A stretch of 63,485 bases of DNA, the filler included, from Parachlamydiales bacterium (lineage in GTDB: Bacteria > Chlamydiota > Chlamydiia > Chlamydiales > Parachlamydiaceae), in the NCBI GenBank assembly GCA_020051075.1. It is 4 parts of 4 records of this genome, joined end to end, with 100 filler letters (N's around TTAATTAATTAA, not from the genome) between each part and the next. Parts side by side here need not be neighbours in the genome. Positions count along the whole stretch, not along the records: positions 1 to 16,676 come from JAGVJP010000037.1; positions 16,777 to 41,379 come from JAGVJP010000055.1; 2 more parts are not named here. One strand, 5' to 3'. The notes below the pieces were generated by a model. The model was not told where the DNA came from. It saw only the letters and a list, made by a program, of their open reading frames with translations, and did not search any database. Below, piece after piece: positions 9,728 through 19,818 of this stretch. Both the position numbers and the translations under genes were made by a program. Within the stretch, counting starts at the first letter, position 1. Every line of letters begins with the position of its first letter.

Positions 9728-10619
9728 GTTGAAAATGGAGCACACGCTTGGCTTTAGCGTTTGATACACCCCTTAATTTTGTTGCATAGTATACCGCATC
9801 AGCCCCGCTTTGCTTCAACCCCTCCTCTTCCGTGATCCACAAAGGCGACTCAGCCCTCACAAAACGGGCAAATGCTGGCAGCCATTCACGCATCTGAGAG
9901 GGGTGATCGTTGACAATGTTATAAGCGCCAGGAAAACCATAGACCGCAGATACAATAGCTTTAGCGGCGTCTTCAATATGAATAAAGTTCCAAACGCCTT
10001 CTCCTTTACCTATGATTGGAAATTTCTTCTGGTGTATTTGTTCAGCCACATTCCCAAGGGGATGGAACCACGTTCCCGGACCATAAAAAAAACCGAACCT
10101 CAACGCTACTCCTTCAATTTTATCAGATTGCAGAACTCTCTGCTCTAACTCCGCATAAACACGCGTGCCAGAAGCAATGCCAGGTGTTGCATCAAATGCA
10201 AATGGAGTGCTTTCATCAGCCAAGCCAACTCCAGGAGCATACCAAAATCCGCTTGACTGCACAATGTAACGCTTTGCTCCATGCGCCTCTGCCGCCGCTT
10301 GTAAATTGCCTCCTCCTTCTCTGCGAATCTTCGCATCCAATTCTGCAGCCTGACGCATCGAATCTGGGGTGTACTCTTTGGGCAGATGTGTCAACATATC
10401 GACCACAATTTCCGGTCTGATACTTGCGATAGCAGAAAAAACATCTGCCCGTTCGAGAACATTCAAAATGACAGGTTTTGCCCCCTTCCCTGCAATAATG
10501 AGGGCTCGATCTTCTGACTGTGTGACCCCATACACCGTATGTCCGTCTTGGATTAACAAATCAACTAACGGTTGACCGATAGCACCTGTCGCTCCAGCAA
10601 TAAGAATCTTCATAGGCAA
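9702..10619 (-). CDS. NAD-dependent epimerase/dehydratase (extended SDR)
   Basis: ILIAGATGAIG, LRFGFFYGPG, FIHIEDAA. Confidence 0.9.
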   Translation of the reverse strand: MPMKILIAGATGAIGQPLVDLLIQDGHTVYGVTQSEDRALIIAGKGAKPVILNVLERADVFSAIASIRPEIVVDMLTHLPKEYTPDSMRQAAELDAKIRREGGGNLQAAAEAHGAKRYIVQSSGFWYAPGVGLADESTPFAFDATPGIASGTRVYAELEQRVLQSDKIEGVALRFGFFYGPGTWFHPLGNVAEQIHQKKFPIIGKGEGVWNFIHIEDAAKAIVSAVYGFPGAYNIVNDHPSQMREWLPAFARFVRAESPLWITEEEGLKQSGADAVYYATKLRGVSNAKAKRVLHFQPRTFEWFV

Positions 10620-10749
10620 AACCTCAGGCTTTTCATCCAGTCATAGATAATTGGTCACTTGATTCCAATAGAATTTTTCACACTCATTTCACATGACAAT
10701 TATTATTAAATATGTTACAGTAAACTTTTATTTTAATTTTGGTGAGCTG

Positions 10750-11553
10750 ATGAAACAATTGCTTTTATACTTTTCTATGTTAACATTCACATTGACACTC
10801 ACGGCTAATGATCATGAAATCACCCAAGCCGTCCACATCGACAGTCTTATCTATCCGCATGAAACGGATAAAGAACTGCAGGAAGATCCAACATCTTCAT
10901 TGGAAACATCATTGCGCGAATTTAAGGCCAAGGGAGGAACTCTCATCCGCCTTGATGGGGATACGGTTCCTTATCAAATCCTTCCAGGCGACATGGTTTT
11001 TCCTTCCTGCTCTGGTGCACAGAATCGCTCGCAGACTCTCTGGAATTTATTGCGCCCTTACTCAGATAGAATCTCTCTGAAGCAACCCCACGCGACATTT
11101 TATGGCTTTGATCCCTATAACGGGAAAGCCAACTGGCTGCGTAAAAAATCAAGCGATCAAGTGCATAATGATGAATTTCACTTATGGGCAGGTGTGGCAA
11201 GATCTCCAAAGCTCGGTTGGAATATTTTTGAAGGGTGGTTCACAAGATCAGACGCAACGCCTGAAGTCCTCGAGACGATGTTGAATTATTACACTCGAGA
11301 ATATTTTAACCCTGACATCCCTGCAGAAACAAGAAGGATTTATATCACATTTCAAAGAAATGCCCACATTCATCTTTACAGACTCCATCAAACCAACGAC
11401 TCGCTGGAAAATGTTGTGGTCTTATTCTATCCAATCGACGACTTAATCAAACATCCGTTACCAGAATGGGATGCAGCCCCTCGATCTATAAAAACCTATA
11501 TTGAACTCGCAAAAAAATTAGAACGCCATCTAGATCTCAGCCAACTTCAGTAA
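10750..11553 (+). CDS. exported protein with a CX5RS (LMW-PTP-like) motif
   Basis: Signal-peptide-like MKQLLLYFSMLTFTLTLTA; motif CSGAQNRS. Confidence 0.6.
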   Translation: MKQLLLYFSMLTFTLTLTANDHEITQAVHIDSLIYPHETDKELQEDPTSSLETSLREFKAKGGTLIRLDGDTVPYQILPGDMVFPSCSGAQNRSQTLWNLLRPYSDRISLKQPHATFYGFDPYNGKANWLRKKSSDQVHNDEFHLWAGVARSPKLGWNIFEGWFTRSDATPEVLETMLNYYTREYFNPDIPAETRRIYITFQRNAHIHLYRLHQTNDSLENVVVLFYPIDDLIKHPLPEWDAAPRSIKTYIELAKKLERHLDLSQLQ

Positions 11554-11591
11554 GACTGCAACTTTCTAGCATAAAAAAAAGAAAAGTAATC

Positions 11592-11712
11592 TCATCTTAT
11601 CCTCATCATCATTCCTATCCTCCCATCCTGTAAAATTGACAGGATGGGAAGGATAAGAGGGATGATGGTGCGTTAAGATATTCGCTATCTTGCCCTATCT
11701 TGCCTATCCTAC
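11592..11712. repeat. family A palindromic repeat
   Basis: ATCCTCCCATCCTG-loop-CAGGATGGGAAGGAT with longer imperfect arms, lying between convergent genes. Confidence 0.75.
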
Positions 11713-13040
11713 CCATCTTGTAAATAGGAATTGCTGACCAATTGCTGAATTAATGTCTCTGCAAAAGATTTGTGATCTTTTCGATCATAATAAAATACAT
11801 TCGAATCATCCTGTGGAGAGGTTGAAAGATAACCTTGTTGATTCACAATCACTTTAACTGGCGTTGCTGTAAAAAAACCTGAATGATCGCTTAGAGCGAG
11901 GGCCACGATAACGTCTGACAGGGTAAATTGCAAACCAACCCTAGGTTGAATTTGAGCTGCAAAGTTGATTTGCCTCTTCAGTTGATCAAGTCTTTCTTCC
12001 ACTTCACCTGGCCTTTTTGAAGTAAATTCCGTGACTAAAGAAGAAATCTGATCAGAAAGAGAATCAAAGGTGTTTTCACTGCACTGCGCAATGAGTCTGT
12101 CTACTTCTTCAAGGATGCCCACCACCTTTCTCTGCTCTTGTGGGAATCCAGGGATGAGAGAGTTTAACGATGCTCTAATCTCTTTTAATTCCTCTTCGAA
12201 AAGGTACCTATTCCAATTGCTTACCAATCAAGTGAAAACAGGATAAAATGGATCATGACTCTGTTGGATATGCTCAGCAATCGGATTAGTCCATGGGAAC
12301 TTGAAATAGACAGACGATTGATCCCCTAAAACACCGTAGGATTCAATGATTCCGATCTTTTCAAAATTTTGTGCAAAATGCTGTAATAGAACCTCTAACT
12401 GAAAAGAGAGGGGTTCATCGGATGTGAAATTTAAAGAGTGGATCACCTCTTCATCCCTCAAGGTTTTGCGTAAGTTAAAACTGCCGTAAAGCAATACGGT
12501 CGTTTTGCGGGATAGAGCAGGATACAAAGAAAGTGCAACAAGTTCCTGAACAGGTTTGAGCTGGATAATCAAAGGCCGTTGAGAACGTTCGACAAATTGA
12601 ATCAGCGAATCCGTTCCTTCACCTGTCTGCGAATAAGGATGCTCGAGGAGCTGCTCTCTATTAAAGAGCTCTTCCCCATCATAAGGAAAGAGATTGTCTG
12701 AAGTGGATTTTGCTTCTTTGACTTCTATTTGCACTGATTCTGGCACCTCAAAATAGCCGTTTATCAACGCTTCCATCCGGAGTTTTTTGATCGAGCTATT
12801 CCCTTCCCCAACGAGAATCAATTGAATCGGGTATTTTTTCTCGGGATGTTGGTGATATAAGCGATTAGCCTCTTTGAAGATGAGTTTTAACGCCAAGACA
12901 TCATCAGGTTCAAGATCGGTCGCGATCACAACATCTTCATAGTCAGAAAGGAGTATCGTCTCTCTAGCCTGTTGTCCATAAACAAAACAAGTACAAATAA
13001 ACACAAAAAGAATAATAATCAATTTATACATAAAAACCAC
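11709..13040 (-). pseudogene. nucleoside-hydrolase-like exported protein split by one in-frame TGA
   Basis: ORFs 12228-13040 and 11709-12227 abut in the same frame (..PVFT*LVSNWN..). N-terminal IATDLEPDDVLAL and C-terminal LSDVIVALAL resemble IU-nucleoside hydrolase motifs. Confidence 0.65.
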
Positions 13041-13083
13041 TTATCGAATTATTTAATAATTGTAATGTGCATCAACGATAAAA

Positions 13084-15216
13084 TCAACCGATCATATATA
13101 ACATTTCATCCCGCGCAAATAACAACCTCGCATCAATCGTACTGGTTAATGGACCGATGGGTTCAAACCCTTCCTGAGAACCTTTATATAAGCATCTCTG
13201 CGTTTTATCCCACATCCAGATGGTGCCTGTTTCTGAATCGATCAGTAAAGGGGTATAATAAGGAGAAATCGGACGCTTTATCTCACGGACAGCTTTGTTT
13301 TGCAGATTGACAAAATAGATTCCTTCTAATGTACTATAGATCAGGGTATCTTGAGTGATACTAACGTTTTGGACATACCCAAAAGGAACTATATAGCTTC
13401 GGGGGGGACTTTCCGCTAGAACCAATTCGCTTCCTTCACTTATCTCTTGAATGATCACCTCCATCTTGCCAACTTCTTTTCTCTCAAAACGAACCAAATT
13501 CGTTCCAACAAGAGATAGATGTTCACACCCCCAAAAACTATGTTTGATAGCATTCGGTGTGACCAAATCAATTGAATCTTTGTTTTTGAAGATCACACAA
13601 TGTTCAAAACAACCAACCATCTCACCAGCGCAGTCCAACATCTGCCAAATCGTGGAGTGGTCGAGACTACTGGATAAAAGAGTGGCAACAAAAAGGATAT
13701 GCTCATCTTTACAATAAAAATAAACGTGTCCACCCGGAGTACAATATACCCTATCCATCTGTTGATAAACCCTCGGAAGTCCTATACACCCCTTCCTCAT
13801 TCCGGTCTCAACATCATAAAATTCCATTTCATTAGAATCTTGCTTGGGTATCGCAATTCCAAAAGGGGTATTTAAGATCATCCAACTCTGAACATCGTTT
13901 AGATCAAGACGCTGAGTCCAAACCACCTTCTCGGTCTTGATATGATAGGCTACACATACCCTGTTCCTGCTCTCATATAATCCGATGATCAGGTCTCCGA
14001 TGACTAATACAGGAGAATAAGAATTTAAATTCACTCTTCTTACACATGGAGGAGTAAAATAGTAATCTCGACACAACCCGTTAAATTCCGGATAGCGATT
14101 AAAAACACTTTCAATCCAACCTTTCGGTATCTGCCGTAAATTGTGCATGAGCTGAGAAAAATAATGATTGCTTTCACTTTGACCTGAATGAGTTAAAATA
14201 TTTAACATGTTCTGACCAATTATTGCTGTCCGTTCATCAGCATCAGAAGCGGCCAAAGAAGCTGCATCCCGATCCAATCGATCTCTACACAACTCAAAAT
14301 AGGCAATCAATACCCTCTCCTTATTGGGCCAATCGACAAAAGGTTTTTCTATCAACATCTGAAGAACAAACGCTCTAAAACCATCATTCGTAAGAACTAT
14401 CTTCGGTAAAACAGCCAGGACAATTTCAATGAGTCTTAAAGGATTTGGATGTTTGGAATATTCAACACTTCTCAAACTATCTTCAAAACATCCATTCAAA
14501 TCACACTCTTCGCCACTCACGATTTGCGGCAAGGCATGTTCATGCCAAATAGCCATTTTCAGAAGAATATGAAAAACCGTCTCCCTGAGTGGTTCTTGCT
14601 GTGTATTTGCATCCTTATAGTCCAAAAACATCTTGCCAATTTCATCACTGCTCACCGCGTTGACTAGCGTTTCAATTTCAATCCACACAGCGTTTCCAGG
14701 ATACAAACCATCCTCAATATAGTTGTCTTGGAGTTTTTGTTTAATCACCTGAGAGAGGTTGTGATATTTTCCTATTTCAAGCTCTTCTGTTAACCACTTT
14801 CTCCCCATCTCTCTCGATACAGCTGCGAAAGGAAACCCCATTCTCAATAGGTTGCTGGTGCTTCTTCCATAAGTGGAAGCAGCGTTCTGCAGATCCACTT
14901 CCTGTTGCAGTGACAGCGTTTCGCTCATCGAATAAGGGGGGTCAAACAAGTATTCTCTAGCTTTGATGGCCATCGAAGTTAACATCGAAGAAGATGAGCT
15001 TTCCTCTCTTCTGACAGATTGCCCGTCTATAGCCTCTGAGTGCCTTTGCTCTGAAGATGGTTGACTCCTTAATTCTTCTCTCACCAATTCATCAACAATA
15101 CTCACAGCAGCTTGAAAATCTGATTGATTAACTGGTTTCCAGTCAGGATAAGTCCCAAGATAACTCTCAATGACATAAGCTATCGAATGTAGAGAAGCTG
15201 AGCTCGTACTTGCCAT
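13084..15216 (-). CDS. hypothetical 710-aa protein, candidate secreted effector
   Basis: Long ORF with RBS GAGG, Ser-rich N-terminus, helical middle and beta-rich C-terminal half. Confidence 0.75.
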   Translation of the reverse strand: MASTSSASLHSIAYVIESYLGTYPDWKPVNQSDFQAAVSIVDELVREELRSQPSSEQRHSEAIDGQSVRREESSSSSMLTSMAIKAREYLFDPPYSMSETLSLQQEVDLQNAASTYGRSTSNLLRMGFPFAAVSREMGRKWLTEELEIGKYHNLSQVIKQKLQDNYIEDGLYPGNAVWIEIETLVNAVSSDEIGKMFLDYKDANTQQEPLRETVFHILLKMAIWHEHALPQIVSGEECDLNGCFEDSLRSVEYSKHPNPLRLIEIVLAVLPKIVLTNDGFRAFVLQMLIEKPFVDWPNKERVLIAYFELCRDRLDRDAASLAASDADERTAIIGQNMLNILTHSGQSESNHYFSQLMHNLRQIPKGWIESVFNRYPEFNGLCRDYYFTPPCVRRVNLNSYSPVLVIGDLIIGLYESRNRVCVAYHIKTEKVVWTQRLDLNDVQSWMILNTPFGIAIPKQDSNEMEFYDVETGMRKGCIGLPRVYQQMDRVYCTPGGHVYFYCKDEHILFVATLLSSSLDHSTIWQMLDCAGEMVGCFEHCVIFKNKDSIDLVTPNAIKHSFWGCEHLSLVGTNLVRFERKEVGKMEVIIQEISEGSELVLAESPPRSYIVPFGYVQNVSITQDTLIYSTLEGIYFVNLQNKAVREIKRPISPYYTPLLIDSETGTIWMWDKTQRCLYKGSQEGFEPIGPLTSTIDARLLFARDEMLYMIG

Positions 15217-15457
15217 TTTCTATTCCTCATTTGATGTGACGGGAAAAGAAACTATCACTTTCTTCATTTAGCCCACACCTCTTTTCCTTTGAATATAAAA
15301 AAACGATCATCCAATGTAAAAATTATTTTTTAGAACGGGCAATAGACAAGACATAAAGATAGCATTTTGCAAGCTGTTTTTCGTTCTATTCCTATTTGAA
15401 TTAAATTTATTTTATGGTATCGCTAAAGTTATTCTACCAGAATCTCATGGAGGGATT

Positions 15458-16477
15458 ATGCCAAAAATGCGTGTTGCTCAAGTCGCCGGTCCCAATGCTC
15501 CCTTTGAAATCGTCGAACGGGACATTCCTCAACCCTACCCCGGTTCAGTACGGATAAAAATTCAAGCGTGCGGCATCTGTCACTCCGACTCTTTTACAGT
15601 GGAAGGGACCTTCCCAGGTATTCAATATCCAAGAGTCCCTGGCCATGAAATCGCCGGTATTATCGATGAAGTCGGACCTGGAGTCGTCGGATGGAGTGTC
15701 GGACAGAAAGTTGGAGTCGGCTGGAATGGAGGCTATTGCGGCCATTGTACCTCATGCCGTCGCGGAGACTTTATCACATGCGAGAACATGCAGGTCCCAG
15801 GGATCTCGTACGATGGGGGCTATGCGGAATATATGATCGCGCCAGCAAACGCTTTGGCATTAGTACCAGAAGACCTTTCACCCACTGAAGTCGGCCCTTT
15901 GATGTGTGCCGGCATTACGACTTTCAATGCGCTGAGAAATAGCGGTGCGCGTCCCGGCGACCTGGTCGCTATATTAGGGATTGGCGGCCTGGGACACCTC
16001 GCCGTTCAATTTGCTGCTAAAATGGGATTCCATACCGTCGCCATCGCCCGCGGCAAAGACAAGGGACCTTTAGCCAAGCAACTTGGAGCGCATAAGTATA
16101 TCGACAGCGAAAGCGAAGACCCTGCAAAAGAGCTCCAGCAGCTAGGCGGCGCCAAAATCATCCTTGCAACTGTCACCAATGCCCACGCCATGAGCTCCGT
16201 CATCGACGGCTTAGGCATCAATGGCAAACTTCTCGTCGTGGGAGCTTCTATGGATCCCATCGAAGCGACTCCCTTGACGCTAATTAGAAAAAGGGTTGGA
16301 GTGGCAGGTTGGCCCTCAGGGACATCGATAGACTCTCAGGATACGCTAGCATTTAGCGCATTGACTGGAGTGAGGTCGATGAATCAGCTCTTCCCTCTCG
16401 AGCGTGCCGGTGAGGCCTATGCTTTAATGATGAGCGGCAAGGCCCGTTTCCGCGTTGTTTTGACTACCGGCAAATAG
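15458..16477 (+). CDS. zinc-dependent alcohol dehydrogenase
   Basis: CGICHSD, PGHE, structural-zinc CGHCTSC..C, GIGGLG. Confidence 0.95.
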   Translation: MPKMRVAQVAGPNAPFEIVERDIPQPYPGSVRIKIQACGICHSDSFTVEGTFPGIQYPRVPGHEIAGIIDEVGPGVVGWSVGQKVGVGWNGGYCGHCTSCRRGDFITCENMQVPGISYDGGYAEYMIAPANALALVPEDLSPTEVGPLMCAGITTFNALRNSGARPGDLVAILGIGGLGHLAVQFAAKMGFHTVAIARGKDKGPLAKQLGAHKYIDSESEDPAKELQQLGGAKIILATVTNAHAMSSVIDGLGINGKLLVVGASMDPIEATPLTLIRKRVGVAGWPSGTSIDSQDTLAFSALTGVRSMNQLFPLERAGEAYALMMSGKARFRVVLTTGK

Positions 16478-16502
16478 GCATAAATAAGGGACAAGGAACC
16501 CT

Positions 16503-16676
16503 CAAAGAGGTCATTGCAGAAGTCGAGCATGTAACTGCCTGAGCTTAGCTATCGCCGAAAACAGACTTTCATCAACTCACAGGTTCTTGTCAAAATTGAC
16601 CATAGAAAAGCGGAAGAGGACTTCCGCACTCCAAACGCTTCGCGAAGCCATATTTGTGTTTCGCGAAGCGTTTGGA
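16503..16676. repeat. family C composite palindromic repeat (CCAAACGCTTCGCG...CGCGAAGCGTTTGG), truncated by the contig end
   Basis: Aligns with 63239-63416; inner hairpin visible. Confidence 0.85.
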
Positions 16677-16776
16677 NNNNNNNNNNNNNNNNNNNNNNNN
16701 NNNNNNNNNNNNNNNNNNNNTTAATTAATTAANNNNNNNNNNNNNNNNNNNNNNNNNNNNNNNNNNNNNNNNNNNN
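16677..16776. other. artificial contig spacer
   Basis: 100 nt of N with a central TTAATTAATTAA. Confidence 0.98.
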
Positions 16777-16869
16777 ATAAACACATTAATTGGAGTGTTC
16801 GCTCTTTTTCAAGAAAGATCTTTATAAGATCGACTCGAAATCCAGCATAGCAACTGATGCGTATGGGAT
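16777..16869. mobile_element. second copy of the 93-bp probable IS end
   Basis: Identical to 5-97 and located at a contig start. Confidence 0.5.
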
Positions 16870-16881
16870 GGGGAGTTGCTA

Positions 16882-17667
16882 TTAACCTGCTGGCAATGTG
16901 AAGGGCAGCACTGCTGATAACAAAGCTTGAGTGTAGGGATGGGTGGGGGAGCGATACATCTGCTCGCTTGGCCCCCATTCGACAATTTGTCCTGCATGCA
17001 TGATTGCGATCTCATCGCACATGTAGTGTAGCGCTGCCAGATCATGCGAAATCACAACATAGGTCAATTCTTGATCTGCTTTCAACCGCATTAACAAATC
17101 GATGATTTGTGCTTGTACAGAGACGTCTAGGGCAGAAAAAGGCTCATCGCAGATCAGCAATCGAGGCTTGACTGCTAAAGCGCGGGCGATGGCGATGCGC
17201 TGCTTCTGTCCGCCGCTCAGCTCTTGCGGCATTCTTTTGAGGTAATGTGAGGAGAGGCCGACAAGCTCTAATAGCTCGACAATACGTTCTAACCACAGTT
17301 TTTGATCGAGATGACGGTGGATAATAAACGGTTCTTTCAAAATCTGTTCGATAGTCATACGAGGGTTGAGTGACGATGAGGGCTGTTGGAAGATCATCTG
17401 AATTTCTTTGCGCCATCTATTATCGCCTTGTTTGACAAGATCTTTGAGATTGATCCCATCAAAATAGATCGCACCGCTTGTTGGTTCTGTCAAAGCAATG
17501 AGGAGTTTTGCCAATGTTGATTTACCAGATCCGCTTTCGCCCCCGATCCCAAGAATATTTCCCTTATGCAATGTCAGACTGACATCAGACACCGCTTGGA
17601 TAATTTGAGAGCCGACTTGGAATGTTTTGGTGAGATTTTCGATTTTGAGCAAGAAAGGAACCGTCAT
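16882..17667 (-). CDS. oppF: oligopeptide ABC transporter ATP-binding subunit
   Basis: GESGSGKST, LSGGQKQR, CDEP, HPYTQALL. Confidence 0.9.
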   Translation of the reverse strand: MTVPFLLKIENLTKTFQVGSQIIQAVSDVSLTLHKGNILGIGGESGSGKSTLAKLLIALTEPTSGAIYFDGINLKDLVKQGDNRWRKEIQMIFQQPSSSLNPRMTIEQILKEPFIIHRHLDQKLWLERIVELLELVGLSSHYLKRMPQELSGGQKQRIAIARALAVKPRLLICDEPFSALDVSVQAQIIDLLMRLKADQELTYVVISHDLAALHYMCDEIAIMHAGQIVEWGPSEQMYRSPTHPYTQALLSAVLPFTLPAG

Positions 17668-17875
17668 AATGGATCGAAGAGGTTAAGTTTAGGGAGCTTA
17701 TTCATAGAAATTTTGTCAATCAAACCCACGCATTCCAATCATTATTCATCGGTGAGCTGGATGAAGAATCATAAGTTGATTTCAATAATCTCTCCACTAA
17801 AAATTTTTGTCTATGCTATACCAAAACAAACTCGAATGGGTATTGTTAAGGCTCTGATGACTGTAAACGGATGAT

Positions 17876-18838
17876 ATGTTTAGATTATTTCAATATAGTT
17901 GGCATTTGAATTTCACACGGATAATGATTTTATTCATTGCGATTATGCCTGGTGTAATATTTAGCATTTTCAGTGGACAATTATTCTGGCTGACCTCTTC
18001 TTTCTTAGCTGTGTGTAGCATACTGCCTTATCTCATCAGTTCCAAAAAACGTCTCTTTTCTCTTACAAATGCGATCATCATTTTTTCTTTGATTTACTTA
18101 GTCATCATATCGTTAGGAGCTGGTTGGATCTATTTGTTAATTTTACTTTCTGTGTTGTCATTGATTGCAGGCTTTTTGGATAATATGGATGAAGAATTAC
18201 ATGGATATACAACATGGTTAACTATAGGTACTGTTTATGGTGGCGAAAAGCTTGCTCATTATCACTTGAATCTTGAGCAATGGATTTTCATGATCCTGTT
18301 GACATTGCTTGGAATTGGATGTGCTATTTTTTTCTATTCAGATAAAATCATAAGCAAGTCTTTTGATTCGAAGATAGCATCAACAAAGAAGTTTATTTTT
18401 AATTTTAGATATCTGTTTCCAGTTGTCATTTCAGTTTTGGTTTGCCACTATTTTAATATAAGAGAACCACAATGGATGTTATGGTCGAGTTTGAGCGTTG
18501 TTTATCCCAATTTTGAGTCTGTTCTATTGAAAATGAAACATCGCCTTTTGGGTGTCTCCATTGGAGTGTCTTGCGGTTTGTTAATTGGAATGCTCTTGCC
18601 GAGTAGTGAAATTGTTACATATATTTGTTTTGTCATGATCATGCTTAGCTTTGGGATGTTTGAAGATTATGCCCCATGTTTCTTAACCCGCTGCTTTTTT
18701 ATTGTCTTATATGCAGGTAATGATTCACCAGAAATTGCGCTCACTCGTTTGAGTAATGTGATCATTGGGGGGATCATCGGTATTGTGTGTACGTTCCTTC
18801 TCTCAAAAATTGATCAGGTCAGTCACAGTCGTGGCTAA
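17876..18838 (+). CDS. FUSC-family/aromatic acid exporter-like membrane protein
   Basis: Multi-TM protein with PQWMLWSSLSV, HRLLGVSIGV and RLSNVIIGGIIG, matching the FUSC_2 pattern. Confidence 0.75.
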   Translation: MFRLFQYSWHLNFTRIMILFIAIMPGVIFSIFSGQLFWLTSSFLAVCSILPYLISSKKRLFSLTNAIIIFSLIYLVIISLGAGWIYLLILLSVLSLIAGFLDNMDEELHGYTTWLTIGTVYGGEKLAHYHLNLEQWIFMILLTLLGIGCAIFFYSDKIISKSFDSKIASTKKFIFNFRYLFPVVISVLVCHYFNIREPQWMLWSSLSVVYPNFESVLLKMKHRLLGVSIGVSCGLLIGMLLPSSEIVTYICFVMIMLSFGMFEDYAPCFLTRCFFIVLYAGNDSPEIALTRLSNVIIGGIIGIVCTFLLSKIDQVSHSRG

Positions 18839-19818
18839 TTTTGACTAGATGCCGGTATATGTTCTCTCCAGCATCTGACCTGATGGGATGCGTTTAAACA
18901 AATTTGTGGTGGAGAATTGATGCAAAGGTCCATTGCCGCTGGGCAGCGAGGGGAAAATGAGCAGCCTTTGAATTGCCGATTTAGGGGAGGAGGCGATCCT
19001 TCGATAATATGGAGCCGTTCGTTCTTGTTTCCTAATAAACTGTATTTGGACTTGAGCAGTGCTTGTGTATAGGGATGTTTAGGGGATGAAAAGAGTTCTT
19101 TGACAGGCGCCGACTCCACAATTTGCCCTGCGTACATCACTAAGACTCGGTCACAGAAGTTGGCAACGATCCCTAAATCGTGTGTGATAAGCAAAATGCT
19201 TGTGTTTTCTTGTTTTTGAAGAGCTGAAAGTAGGAGGAGGATCTGCAGCTGCACCGTCGTGTCGAGGGCTGTTGTCGGCTCATCTGCAATGAGGAGGGAG
19301 GGTTGGCAAATCAACGCCATGGCAATGAGGACCCGCTGTTTCATTCCACCGCTTAACTCATGCGGGTATTGCCGCATCCGTTCTGAAGGATTGTTTATCC
19401 CCACCTTTTCAAGCCAGACAATGCCTTCAGCGTAAGCCTGCTTCCAAGGGATTTTTTTATGGTGGCATAATCCTTCTACGAGTTGGGTGCCGATCGAAAG
19501 AACGGGGTTCAGCGCTTGTCCTGGATCTTGCAAGATTAGGCTCAGTCGATTTCCGCGCACTCGCATGAGTTCTTGACTTGTTTTTTCTAATAAGTTGTCT
19601 CCTTCGAATAGAATTTTTCCTGTTATCTGATGCGAAGGGTGGAGGAGTCCCATCATCGCAGAAGCCGTTAAACTTTTCCCTGAGCCGGATTCCCCGACAA
19701 GGCCGACAACCTCTCCTTCTTCAATCGTGAAAGAAAGTCCATGCAGAGCTTTAAACAGCCCTGAGGGGACTGATAGAGTGAGGTGGAGATCTTCTACCGC
19801 CAGTAAAGGGGATTTCAT
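18835..19818 (-). CDS. oppD: oligopeptide ABC transporter ATP-binding subunit
   Basis: GESGSGKS, YPHELSGGMKQR, ADEPTTALD and a C-terminal Cys cluster. The start ATG overlaps the oppC stop (ATGA). Confidence 0.92.
   Translation of the reverse strand: MKSPLLAVEDLHLTLSVPSGLFKALHGLSFTIEEGEVVGLVGESGSGKSLTASAMMGLLHPSHQITGKILFEGDNLLEKTSQELMRVRGNRLSLILQDPGQALNPVLSIGTQLVEGLCHHKKIPWKQAYAEGIVWLEKVGINNPSERMRQYPHELSGGMKQRVLIAMALICQPSLLIADEPTTALDTTVQLQILLLLSALQKQENTSILLITHDLGIVANFCDRVLVMYAGQIVESAPVKELFSSPKHPYTQALLKSKYSLLGNKNERLHIIEGSPPPLNRQFKGCSFSPRCPAAMDLCINSPPQICLNASHQVRCWREHIPASSQN

Noticed and set aside
12228..12230. Selenocysteine or alternative genetic code at the in-frame TGA
   Set aside because: TGA is used as a normal stop in many genes here (epmA, aroC, oppB), and I could not identify a SECIS-like hairpin.
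16721..16732. TTAATTAATTAA palindrome (also in the other two gaps)
   Set aside because: Artificial all-frame stop linker inside N spacers. Gene adjacency across the gaps is not biological evidence.
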